Source: Octopus sinensis
Lineage: Eukaryota
Direction: 5' to 3'
Assembly (NCBI RefSeq): GCF_006345805.1
Contig: NC_043023.1
Span: 12,462,001 to 12,526,000, forward strand
DNA: 64,000 bases
Positions 36,727-51,460 of this stretch are shown piece by piece. Numbering within the stretch: position 1 is the stretch's first letter; every line of letters begins with the position of its first letter. Both the position numbers and the translations under genes were made by a program. Below the pieces are notes generated by a model. It saw only the letters and a program-made list of their open reading frames with translations. It did not search any database and was not told where the DNA came from.

Positions 36727-38805
36727 ATATATATAGAGATGTTGATGTAATTCAGCCTAAGGAGACATCTACAGCTGGCTACACGACATGATCTGTTTAT
36801 ATTCGCGAGTGCCCATTCTCCATATTTTATTTGTTAGTATAAAATACTTTTAAAAATGGAAGACTTAGCAAGACCAGTGAGAACAGTCAAAATCAAAATC
36901 AAACCAAATCAATTCATATATCAGAAAGCAGAACCAAATTGAGGTCGATCAACATCAGTGGGAATTGCAGCTGTGGTTAAGCGAACCATCCGATCGTGGT
37001 CGTTTCCGGCGCCGCACCGTCTAGCCTCCGTGTCGGTGGCACATAAAAGCACCACCCGTTCGTGTCCATTGCCAGCCTCACCTGGCCCCCGTGCCAATGA
37101 CACGTAAAAGCACCATCCGTTCGTGGCCGTTTGCCAGCTCTGTCTGGCCCTTGTGCGGGTGGCGCGTAAAAAGCACCCACTACACTCACGGAGTGAATGC
37201 TGTTAGGAAGGGCATCCAGCCATAGAAACACTGCCAGATCTAATTGGGCTTGATGAAGCCTTCTAGCTTCACAGACCCCAGTTGAACCGTCCAACCCATG
37301 CTAGCATGGAAAACGGACGCTAAATGATGATGATGATGATGGATCTTCCTAATTTTTTGCAGATTTAAGAATTATCTTTTAAATCTGTAGGTCAAAAGGT
37401 AAAAATCCCAGCGCTTCTCTATTTCCTTTCGTAATTGTGCATTATGTTGGGAGCAGCGCCATCTTTTCCCTCCCCGTTGTCATTGGAAGAATTAATCAAC
37501 CTTCGAATATCGAACACACGATACTACATTCCATCCACTGACGGTTCTCTCAAAGTAGCGACTTAATTAAACATGAGAGAAAATAGATCACTGTGATCAT
37601 CATCATCATCATCGTTTAACGTCCGATTTCCATTCTAGCATGGGTTGCATGATCTGATTGAGGACTGGCGAACCAGGAGGGTGCACCAGGCTCCAATCTG
37701 ATCTGGCAGAGTTTCTACAGCTGGATGCCCTTCCTAACACCAACCAGCTGTAGAAACTCTACCAGATCAGAATGAAGCCTGGTGCTGCCATCTGGTTCGC
37801 CAACTATTCTCTGGGAATAATGGGGATCTTTTCCGTTTGAACGGCAGGTTTTTAAATTCCTAGGTAACAAAAAAAATTTTTAACTTCGTATACAGATAGA
37901 ATGTATTTATAAAGCATCCTTTTCCTTGGCTTTATTGAGAAAATTCTGTAGTTTGTAACATATTTGTTGTTTTTTTTTCTGCAATTTCAACCAATCAATG
38001 ACGTCTATTGAGGTAAAAGAAATATTATGTGCCTTATGACAATGTCCCTCGTTTAAGAAACAGATTGGGATTATTTACATTTTTGAAGAAAAAAAGATAC
38101 CCTTTCCCCACCCCTAACCCTAACACAGATTGAAATACAATAGATCGATACAAGGGTCATAATTATGGGTGACAATTTCATATGACACCGCTACAAAAAA
38201 CGGCCGGTCAAACCGAAAAGATCCTATTTTTTTAACACGAAGTAAATAATAAGGCGATGCTTCGATATCTAAGTACACACGTGACTTTGTTTAAATTTGT
38301 GAAGATAACAGAGAGCCTTTTCTCCCCACCCCTAACCCTAACACGTGGAAATTATCTTAAAAAACTGCCGGTCAAACCGAAAAGATCCCAAATATCTAAC
38401 AAACCATAGATTTTTCTCAATAAAGCCAAGAGAAACAGATGTTTTAATAAACACATTCTAACAGTATACGAAGTTCAAAAGTGTTTATTACGTGGGAAAT
38501 TATTTTCAAACGGGAGTCCAGTTTCGTGCGCTGGAAACGGTCGTAGATTAGATAGTGAGTGTATATATTCTATGTAACTTGAAGGTAAATCGTTGACAGA
38601 ATGGGACAAGAAGACACCGGAACGAAACGAACCAGTCATAGAAAATTGAAGAACTATAATCATATAAAGGGATATAACTTTCCTTAATTAATTAATTAAG
38701 GTGCTTAATTAACGATCGCTGACTCGTTGTTTGTATCTGAATACGGTAAGTTGACAAAGATTTATTTTAAGGCTGTAATGATGATGATAATACCAATAAT
38801 GATAA

Positions 38806-39599
38806 GGTACTACTAGCGAACAGTGGTCCCGGTGCGCGCACTTGTGTATCCGCGCTTGCTAGTCGTAAGTAGTCGATCCTACAATTTTTAAAACTAAGTA
38901 AATACGTTATTTTTGTAAAAAACTAAGGTTAGGGTTAAAAAGTCGTAGGATCGACTACATACGACTAGCTAGCACGGATGCGCGAGTGCGCGCACCGGGA
39001 CCACTGTTCGCTAGTAGTACCGCGCACCTCTCCAAGATAATGACACTTACTTGGGAGAAAAAGTTAGGAAATGGGAAATATATCCAGAATACATAAAGTA
39101 TGGAGGAAATTAGAAAGATTAATCTATTTTTTAAATATTTTATACTAAAAAATAAAATACGGAGAACGGGCACTCGCGAATATAAACAAACATATAAGGG
39201 TACTATTTAAGAAGAGAGGTCCCGGTGGGCGCGCTAGCTAGTCGTGACTAGTCGATCCTTACTTTGTATTTTTGTTTTAAAAAAATTATTTTCTTTGTTT
39301 GAAAAAATGAGCGTAATTTCGGTATAGGTACCGGAAGTACCAGATACATTTGAAGAAGGTCTTTTTTTTTTTATATATGGGGGGTTATGGTTAAGGGTTG
39401 TGTTAGGGGAGGGAGAAACGGGTTTCTGTTATCTTCAGAAATGTAAACAAAGCCACTTACGGTACTTATACCGAAGGATCACCAAAAAATTATTTATTTT
39501 GTGTTTTAATTACTTTGGTAGGTAGTCGTTGTAGGATCGACTAGTCACGACTAACTAGCGCGAGTGCGCTTACCGGGACCACTCTTTTTAAATAGTACC
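38806..39599. mobile_element. Two GGTAC-terminus MITEs (38806-39021, 39199-39599), repeated in the intron tandem units
   Basis: 60-75 bp terminal inverted repeats GGTACTA...TAGTACC. Confidence 0.8.
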
Positions 39600-42500
39600 G
39601 GAGAAAATTAGAACGATTAATCTATTTTTTAAACTATTTTATACTAAAAAATAAAATACGCAGAACGGGCACTCGCGAATATAAACAAACATGTATGTAC
39701 GTATACGTATGTATTAAGCATATATATTTATTATTATATATACATATATGTGTGTGTAAGGGTGAAAGAAATTGAATATTAATTAATAACATCAATTTCG
39801 TATGGATTTTGGGCGTTTGGTTCAGCAAATTATGTTTTTGATATACTCTACCGATGATTCGAAAATGATTTGTAAGTAAAATTACACAATCTATTAACGA
39901 TGAAACAATTGTATAGAGTTAATCCATTTTTTCGTTATTTTTCATTTGTCCTGCCCGCTTACATTCTTGGCGTGTTGAATTAATGCTTGAGAACAATTCT
40001 TTAGTGGTGGATTCCCTTTGCGGATCTATTTCTAGCGTTAGAGTGACCACATGTGGTCCCTCCCCTAATACTTGTATATATATATATATATATACCAGGT
40101 GGTGCTATTAAGTTAGACATGGCCTGGGCCAATAAAGGCCGAAACCTATCAAAGTATCAAAGTATGTGTGTGTGTGTGTTGGATCGACTACTTACGACTA
40201 GCTAGCACGGATGCGCGCACTGTTCGCTAGTAGTACCGCGCACCTCTCCAAGATAATGACGCTTACTTGTGAGAAAAAGTTAGGAAATGGGAAATATATC
40301 CAGAATACATAAAGTATGGAGAAAATTAGAAAGATTAATCTATTTTTTAAATATTTTATACTAAAAAATAAAATACGGAGAGCGGGCACTCGCGAATATA
40401 AACAAACATACAAGGGGTGTAAGAGTTAGCAGTTCCTTCTCTAAGCTTGGATTCGAAATCGAATCCAAGAATCATCGGTCGTCAAATACCAATGCATGTA
40501 TAGGCGCGAAATAAGAATCCCTTTGTTCTGACAAAAACTGATTGATCATCTCCCTTTGACCTCCGACCTGAGCAATGTCAGGACAAAGGGATTCTTAATT
40601 TCGCGCCTATACATGCATTGGTATTTGACGACCGATGATTCTTGGACTCGATTTCGAATCCTAGCTTAGAGAAGGAAGTGCTGACTCTTACAAGGGTACT
40701 ATTTAAGAAGAGAGGTCCAGGTGCGCACATCTGCAGTAGCTAGTCGTGACTAGTCGATCCTTACTTTGTACTTTTGTTTTATTTACTGTTTTAAAAAAGT
40801 TATTTTCTTTGTTTGAAAAAATGAGCGTAACTTCGGTATAGGTACCGGAAGTACCAGATACATTTCAAGAAAGTGTCTTTTTTTTATATATATGGGGGGT
40901 TATGGTTAAGGTTTGTGTTAGGGGTGGGAGAAAAGGGTTTCAGTTATCTTCAGAAATGTAAACAAAGCCACTCACGGTACCTATACCGAAGGATCACCAA
41001 AAAATTATTTATTTTGTGTTTTATTTACTTTGCTAGGTAGTCGTTGTAGGATCGACTAGTCACGACTAACTAGCGCGAGTGCGCTTACCGGGACCACTCT
41101 TTTTAAATAGTACCGGAGAAAATTAGAACGATTAATCTATTTTTTAAACTATTTTATACTAAAAAATAAAATACGCAGAACGGGCACTCGCGAATATAAA
41201 CAAACATGTATGTACGTATACGTATGTATTTAAGCATATATATTTATTATTATATATACATATATGTGTGTGTGTAAGGGTGAAAGAAATTGAATATTAA
41301 TTAATAACATCAATTTCGTATGGATTTTGGCGTTTGGTTCAGCAAATTATGTTTTTGATATACTCTACCGATGATTCGAAAATGATTTGTAAGTAAAATT
41401 ACACAATCTATTAACGATGAAACAATTGAATAGAGTTAATCCATTTTTTCGTTATTTTTCATTTGTCCTGCCCGCTTACATTCTTGGCGTGTTGAATTAA
41501 CGCTTGAGAACAACAATTCTTTAGTGGTGGATTCCCTTTGCGGATCTATTTCTAACGTTAGAGTGACCACATGTGGTCCCTCCCCTAATACTTGTATATA
41601 TATATATATATACCAGGTGGTGCTATTAAGTTAGACATGGCCTGGGCCAATAAAGGCCGAAACCTATCAAAGTATGTGTGTGTGTGTGTTGGATCGACTA
41701 CTTACGACTAGCTAGCACGGATGCGCGCACTGTTCGCTAGTAGTACCGCGCACCTCTCCAAAATAATGACGCTTACTTGTGAGAAAAAGTTAGGAAATGG
41801 GAAATATATCCAGAATACATAAAGTATGGAGAAAATTAGAAAGATTAATCTATTTTTTAAATATTTTATACTAAAAAATAAAATACGGAGAACGGGCACT
41901 CGCGAATATAAACAAACATACAAGGGTGTAAGAGTTAGCAGTTCCTTCTCTAAGCTTGGATTCGAAATCGAATCCAAGAATCATCGGTCGTCAAATACCA
42001 ATGCATGTATAGGCGCGAAATTAAGAATCCCTTTGTTCTGACAAAAACTGATTGATCATCTCCCTTTGACCTCCGACCTGACCAATGTCAGGACGAAGGG
42101 ATTCTTAATTTCGCGCCTATACATGCATTGGTATTTGACGACCGATGATTCTTGGACTCGATTTCGAATCCAAGCTTAGAGAAGGAAGTGCTGACTCTTA
42201 CAAGGGTACTATTTAAGAAGAGAGGTCCCCGTGCGCACATCTGCAGTAGCTAGTCGTGACTAGTCGATCCTTACTTTGTATTTTTGTTTTATTTACTTCG
42301 TTTTAAAAAAGTTATTTTCTTGGTTTGAAAAAATGAGCGTAACTTCGGTATAGGTGCCGGAAGTACCAGATACATTTCAAGAAAGTGTCTTTTTTTTTAT
42401 ATATGGGGGGTTATGGTTAAGGTTTATGTTAGGGGTGGGAGAAAAGGGTTTCTGTTATCTTCAGAAATGTAAACAAAGCTACTCACGGTACTTATACCGA

Positions 42501-43120
42501 AGGATCGCCAAAAAATTATTTACTTTGTGTAAAAAAATAATTTATTTTGTGTTTTATTTACTTTGCTAGGTAGTCGTTGTAGGATCGACTAGCCACGACT
42601 AACTAGCGCGAGTGCGCGCACCGGGACCACTTTTTTAAATAGTACCGGAGGAAATTAGAACGAGTAATGTATTTTTAAAACTATTTTATACTAAAAAATG
42701 AAATACGCAGTACGGGCACTCGCGAATATAAACAAACATGTATGTACGTATACGTATGTATTTATGCATATATATGTATTATTATGTATACATATATGTG
42801 TGTGTGTAAGGGTGAAAGAAATTGAATATTAATTAATAACATCAATTTCGTATGGATTTTGGCGTTTGGTTCAGCAAATTATGTTTTTGATATACTCTAC
42901 CGATGATTCGAAAATGATTTGTAAGTAAAATTACACAATCTATTAACGATGAAACAATTGTATAGAGTTAATCCATTTTTTCGTTATTTTTCATTTGTCC
43001 TGCCCCCTTACATTCTTGGCGTGTTGAATTAATGCTTGATAACAATTCTTTAGTGGTGGATTCCCTTTGCGGATCTATTTCTAGCGTTAGAGTGACCACA
43101 TGTGGTCCCTCTCTTATTAC
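38950..43120 (+). repeat. Intronic ~1.2-1.5 kb tandem repeat, 3 units (2 units at 51920-54560)
   Basis: GGATCGACTAC..CGCGCACCTCTCCAA..GGAGAAAATTAGAAAG..GAGTGACCACATGTGGTCCC recurs at ~38950, 40180 and 41690. Confidence 0.9.
40418..40692. mobile_element. Foldback MITE with ~115-bp arms (copies 41927-42202, 53391-53666), Ginger-like ends
   Basis: TGTAAGAG...CTCTTACA. AGGG duplication is clearest at 41923-26/42203-06. Absent from the first tandem unit (~39197). Confidence 0.75.
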
Positions 43121-44265
43121 TTGTATATATATATGTGTGTGTGTGTGTGTGTACATATATGTGTGTGTGTGTGTGTGTATACAAATATATTTGTAGTGAA
43201 TCTTGAAGTAGATTCGATCCACCATAGCCAAAATTTTAATTGACCCTTCACCAAAATTTTTCCTACGGCAGAACAATAGAGAAATCTCTATACAGAATGT
43301 TGTAAAAGTTTCAATGCCTCAATGGATTCTGACCCCTGCAAACATAGACATTAAATTGATGACAGTGTTGATGTTGTAAGATTTGCAATGTTGAATTACT
43401 ATGTCGTTTAATGATTCTCTTTATCTCACTGCTTCTTTTTTTTTCTATTTCAGAATATAACATCCTGTTGATATGAAAGAAATTACTTCATTCAGATGTG
43501 CCTCTGATATTTATCAGCTCCCATCAACCAAAGGAAGATGATATATTTATAAGGAGCATTCATCAATACATCAAACTCATCTTATAAAGGAAATCTGTGA
43601 AAAACAACAGCAAAATATTTCTTCTGGACGATGGAATTAACAGCAACAATTTGAAGTCTTTGCTGTCTGGAATATAGAGGAGATGATTGTTTTACAGGTT
43701 AATTAAGCTTGGATGACTTTACAAAGGGGTAGACAATTGTCACCTCTTCATTTAGATATTAAGCAAAATCACAGATGAAAGAAGCATAGCATTAAATTAT
43801 TCTCTGAAAATAGCAACGCAAATTTATTCATAGAAATGAATTTTTTTCCTATTTCAGAATATCATACCATGTTGATTTAAAAGAAATTTCTTCATTCAGA
43901 TGTGTGTCTGATATTTTTATTGACTTTCATCAATTAAAGGAAGACAATATATTCATGAGGCACATTCATCAATACATCAGCCTCTTTATATAAATAAAAT
44001 CTTCGACGAACGATGGGGAAATATTTCTTCTGGATGATGGAATTAAGAACAACATTTTTTTTGCCATCTGGAATGTAGAGATGATGATGAACCTACAGGT
44101 AAAGTTTGAGTAACTTTACGAAAGAGTTAACCAATTTATATCTTCTGTTTTAGATATTAAGCAAGATCACCAATGAAAGTAACATAACATTTAATTATTC
44201 TCTGATGCATTTGAACACAAACATTCATAGAAATGAAACAGATACTATCATTGTGATATGTATAA

Positions 44266-45820
<1,555 letters not shown>

Positions 45821-47591
45821 CAGTATCAGTATCAAAATATATTACAGCCCGGCAGGAGAAGTGAGATCATAACACATGGTCTCTACCTGGGATGTAGCCA
45901 GTCCACTTAGGCATAGCTTTCCTTCTAGGGACACAAAACTCTACTTGTGAAGACCTGTTGCGGCAAGTGAGAATCAGAATCCAAATCGAAATCAATCAGC
46001 ATCAATAGAAATTGTAGCTGTGATACCAGTGCTGGTGGCACATAAAAAGTACCAACCGATCGTGGCCGCTGCCAGCTTCCCCTGGCACCTGTGCCAGTGG
46101 CATGTAATAAGCACCATCCGAACGTGGCCGTTGCCATCACCGTCTCGACTGGCTTCCGTGCCGGTGGCACATAAAAAGAATCGACCGATCGTGGTCGATG
46201 CTAGCCCCCCCTGGCCCCTGTGCCGGTGGCACGTAAAAAGCACCCACTGCACTCACAGAGTTGTTGGCGTTTAGGAAGGGCATCCAGCTGTAGAAACACT
46301 GCCAGACCAGACTGCAACCTTGTTCAGCCTCCTGGCTTCCCAGACCCCAGTCAACCGTCCAACCCATGCTAGCAGGGAAAACAGATGTTATACAATGATG
46401 ATGAGGAGGATTCTCCATTGTTTCCTGTGACAGACAGCTGTTCTTTTGTGTACTGGACATTTTCAATGTTTTGTTTTTAAACATTTTGTAAAAATAAAAT
46501 TTTTTGTGCTTGCTTATTCTCTCTTTCTCTTTCTCTTATACTTGTTTCAGTCGTTTGACTGCGGCCATGCTGGAGCTCCGCCTTTAATAGAGCATCTCGA
46601 CCCCGGGACTTATTCTTTTGTAAGCCGAGTACTTATTCTATCGGTCTCTTTTGCAGAACTGCTAAGTGACGGGGACATAGACTCACCAGCATCGATTGTC
46701 AAGCAATGCTAAGGGGACAAACACAGACACACATGCATATATATACATCTATACAACAGGCTTCTTTCAGTTTCTGTCTACAAAATCCACTCACAAGGCT
46801 TTGGTCGGCATGAGGCTATAGTAGAAGACACTTACCCAAGGTGCCACGCAGTTGGACTGAATCTGGAACCATGTGGTTGGTAAGCAAGCTACTTACCACA
46901 CAGCCACTCCTGCACCTATATCTATATTGTGATTACATTTTCTTTTGTGTTGACATATTTTGTGCCACATCTTCTGGGTAATCGGTAGCCATCTTATTTC
47001 TGGTGCCACTCCAATCTTTCTATTTCCATGCTCCGCTCTCATGGGGTAACCTTATAGTGACGCCTGGTCCCAGACACCATTTTAGGATTTTCATCCACGC
47101 ATGCGCAGGGGTAAGAGCCTGCCGGAAGCCCCTTATGCACATGTGCAGTCATCAGCATCAGCTAAGCTTGACCGCTGTCCTCTCTCTCTCTTCACCCCGG
47201 CTTCCAACCAAGCCGGACGCAACTTGACCAGCTCCGTGTGGCTGGAATTCTGAAGGCGATCCATGACTTCAGCGAATCTGTGAAGTATGCCTTCACAATC
47301 GTGATTAAACTGTCTCTGCTGCTTCCGCACCAAGGCGACCTAGCTACTGATTGTCCAGAGATGTAACGCTTGTACAGACAGAAGAATAAATATTGTTATT
47401 TGTTCAGAGATCCTTGTTCTCTTGATTTTTTAATGGCTTTGTGGGGTGACTGGGGAAATGTGAAGATGTGCACGACCACCCTTGGACGGTTTTGAATGAC
47501 CATAGAAAGTGCAAGCCCTCTAACTGAAAAATTGTGGATTTGTATAAAGGACACACACAGACAGACATTTTGCCATTTATATATAGAGAAA

Positions 47592-48214
47592 CTAGCAGTA
47601 TCGTCCGGCGTTGCTCGGGTTTGTAAGGGAAATAACTATATAAGCATTTTTAGAGAGTTATAGCCAAAAAATGCATTAAAAATGGAAAAAATATGATGGT
47701 AAATTTTTTTTAAATCGTTGACTCATCGTAGACATTTTTAGAGAGTTACTTCCCTTATATAATAGCGAAAAAATGCATTAAAATGGAAAAAAAACGATGG
47801 TAAATTTTTTTTTAAATCGTAGACTCATGTAGACGCTTTGTTAGCCATTTCTGTTTTGGTGTCTTCAAGCCATGAAGTCGTTCTAAAAGAACGCTGGTCT
47901 CCTTGACAACGCATTACGACGTTGATTTCCTTACACTCCCTTCCCCACAGGTGCAGGTGTGAGCGTGGACGCCAACTCCGCCGCCATCGACACACGAAAA
48001 ATTATGCATTAAAATGGAATAAAAAATGATGTGAAATTATTTTTAAAATCGTAGACTCATCGTAGACGTGCGCTAATACTCAGACGGGCTCGATATGAAT
48101 CACGACTATAAGCTACCCGAATTTGGTTAAAGTGCACCTCAAAATGTGGGAGTAGTTAGGAATCTAAATCGAAGGGGACAGACACTCACACAACTACAGT
48201 TTTATATATATAGA
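47592..48214 (-). mobile_element. Non-autonomous Helitron
   Basis: Minus strand TCTATATATATAAAACTG ... CCCGAGCAACGCCGGACG..CTAG, A|T target, absent from sister units. Confidence 0.75.
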
Positions 48215-48221
48215 TATACAT

Positions 48222-48826
48222 AGCGCAGTAGTGGTGAGATGTGACAGCAAAGAAAAGCATACATTCACTCTCTGCATGCAATTAGACTCGGAAAGTTCGT
48301 GAGGAACCCATTGACCCAATTTGCTGACTTTTCCGATAGCACACAGGTCTCAATGAATGGTTGAATGACCAAATCCAAGCTTCTCTGCTAGTTCCTCAAC
48401 AGTTACGATGAGATTTTGTTCCACCAGGGTTTTCAGGATGTCCTTGTCGAGTTCTACAGATCTTTCAGGATGAGGCTCGTCTTCTAGGCTGTAGTTTATG
48501 GCTCGGAATTTCTGGAACCACCATTGACACTGCCTTACGCTTATTGTCCAATCCCCATATACTGCATTAATATTTCTTGTACTTTCCGTTGCGTTGTTGT
48601 CTTTATTGAACTCATAAAGCAAAATATGCCAAATATGCTCCTTTGTTACTTCCAACATAGCTTTGAAAAAAATAGCTATTAATATCGAAATGCACTCTTC
48701 AAAACTTGCACTATGAATAAGGACAAGATAAAATTACTACCTGCTTTTATAGCAAGTTAATATAAGTAGTTTATCCCATTCCCCTCTGACTTTTAGTTCA
48801 AGCTGTTGAAAAAAACCGCATTATTA
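48222..48826 (-). mobile_element. Truncated mariner transposase (N-terminal HTH)
   Basis: HILLYEFNK..NINAVYG..WWFQKFR..LEDEP..EELAEKLG..STIH*DLCAIGKVSKLGQWVPHEL. Confidence 0.85.
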
Positions 48827-51360
48827 TATATATATACATACATACATACATACATATACACACACACTCTCTCTCACACACACATGCACACATTTATATT
48901 CTGTTATTCTTTTATATGTTTCAGCCTTGAGGTTGTGGCCATGCTGGATCATGTGTGTGTGTGTGTCTATCTGTCTGTCTGTCTGTATGTATATATGTAT
49001 ATGTATGTGTGTGAACAATAATATTTTCAACAGATGTGTTGCAAATGTATCTGATTGTTCTCAAGCTTCAAATTTACTCTCTTCCAAGAACATTTTCACT
49101 CACTCTTATTTGTTAGCTTCCCATACATTTTACTCATGTATCTATCAGCGTGATAGACAGAAACAAATATTACATCTAGTTTCACTTTATTCGTTACACA
49201 GTGTGTGTGTGCGTTTGCGTGTGCTGTAAACCAGACTAAGAAAAGCATTTGACACACACACCAGAATGTGAGTTTTCTGTAAATTTTGCTTAATTGGAGT
49301 TTAAATTTTAAAAACTGGACCTGGCATGACGCGATGCATTGTACTCTCAAAAATGCTAGGTAAATTGTAATTGAAGAAATCCTATATTGTAGATTTGTAT
49401 AACTCCCAAAGGGAGGCAGATAAAATCTGCCTTTTATAATAAGAGATGTTGATGTAATTCAGCCTAAGGAGACATCTACAGCTGGTTACACGACATGATC
49501 TGTTTATATTCGCGAGTGCCCGTTCTCCATATTTTATTTGTTAGTATAAAATACTTTTAAAAAATGGATGAATCTTCCTAATTTTGTGCAGATTGTCCAG
49601 AGATGTAACGCTTGTACAGACAGAAAAATAAATATCGTTATTTGTTCAGAAATCCTTGTTCTATTGATTTTTTTATGGCTTTGCGGGCTGACTGGGGAAA
49701 TGTAAAGATGTGCACAACCTCCCTTTGACAGTTTGGAATGACCATAGAAAGTGCGAGCCCACGAACTGAAAAATTGTGGATTTGTATAAAGGACACACGC
49801 ACAGACAGATATTTTTCCGTTTATATATATATTTAATGGCTTTGCGGTGTAACTGGGGAAATGTAAAATGTGCACGACCACCCTTGGACGGTTTTGAATG
49901 ACCATAGAAAATGCGAGCCCTCTAACTAAGAAACTGTGGATTTGTATAAAGGACATGCACACACAGACAGACATTTGGCAATTTATATATAGAGAGATGT
50001 TGATGTAATTCAGCCTAAGGAGACATCTACAGCTGGCTACACGACATGATCTGTTTATATTCGCGAGTGCCCGTTCTCCATATTTTATTTGTTAGTGTAA
50101 AATACTTTTAAAAAATGGATGAATCTTCCTAATTTTGTGCAGATTTAAGAATTATCTTTTAAATCTGTAGGTCAAAAGGTAAAAATCCTAAGGCTTCTCT
50201 ATTTCCTTTCGTAATTGTGCATTATGTTGGGAGCGGCGACATCTTTTCCCTCCCCGTTGTCATTGGAAGAATTAATCAACCTTCGAATATCGAACACACG
50301 ATACTACATTCCATCCACTGACGGTTCTCTCAAAGTAGCAACTTAATTATACATGAGAGAAAATAGATTACTGTCATCATCATCATCATCATCGTTTAAC
50401 GTCCGATTTCCATTCTAGCATGGGTTGCACGATTTCATTGAGGACTGGCGAACCAGGAGGCAGCACCAGGCTCCAATCTGATCCGGCAGTGTTTCTACAG
50501 CTGGATGCCCTTCCTAACACCAACCAGCTGTAGAAACTCTACCAGATCAGATTGGAGCCTGGTGCTGCCATCTGGTTCGCCAGCTGTTCTCTGGGAATAA
50601 TGGGGATCTTTTCGGTTTGAACGGCAGGTTTTTAAATTTCTATGTAACTAAGAAAATTTTAAACTTCGTATACAGATAGAATGTATTTATAAAGCATCCT
50701 TTTCCTTGGCTTTATTGAGAAAATTCTGTAGTTTGTAACATATTTGTTGTTTTTTTTTTTTTTTTGCAATTTCAACCAATCAATGACGTCTATTGAGATA
50801 AAAAAAACATTATGTGCCTTGTGAATATGTCCCTCGTTTAAGAAACAGATTGGGATTATTTACATTTTTGAAGAAAAAAAGATACCCTTTCCCCACCCCT
50901 AACCCTAACACAGATTGAAATGCAATAGATCGATACAAGGGTCATAATTATGGGTGACAATTTCATATGACACCGCTACAAAAAACTGCCGGTCAAACCG
51001 AAAAGATCCTTTTTTTTTACACAAAGTAAATAATAAGGCGATGCTTCGATATATAAGTACACACGAGACTTTGTTTACATTTGGGAAGATAACAGAGAGC
51101 CTTTTCTCCCCACTCCTAACCCTAACACGTGGACATTCTTTTCAAAAACTGCCGTTCAAACCGAAAAGATCCCAAATATCTTACAAACCATAGAATTTTC
51201 TCAATAAAGCCAAGAGAAACAGATGTTTTATAAACACATTCTACCAGTATACGAAGTTTAAAAGTGTTTAGTTACGTGGATATTATTTTTAAAAACTGCC
51301 GGTCAAACCGAAATGATCCCCCAAAGCATTGTTCTTTAGATGAGAGGGAAGTGTGAAGGA

Positions 51361-51460
51361 AGGACAATGATTGGACAGGAGAGAAAATGACGTCAGAAAC
51401 GGATCGGAAGTGCAACGGCCTGACGTCACATCAGGAAGATATAAGTCAAGATGCCCTCTT
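51361..51460 (+). promoter_or_regulatory. Putative Pol II promoter of the 55721 ZNF gene
   Basis: ATTGG 51370-74, TGACGTCA 51388-95 and 51421-28, CGGAAGTG 51405-12, TATAAG 51440, YY1-like CAAGATGCC 51447. Donor G|GTAAGT at 51716. Confidence 0.65.
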
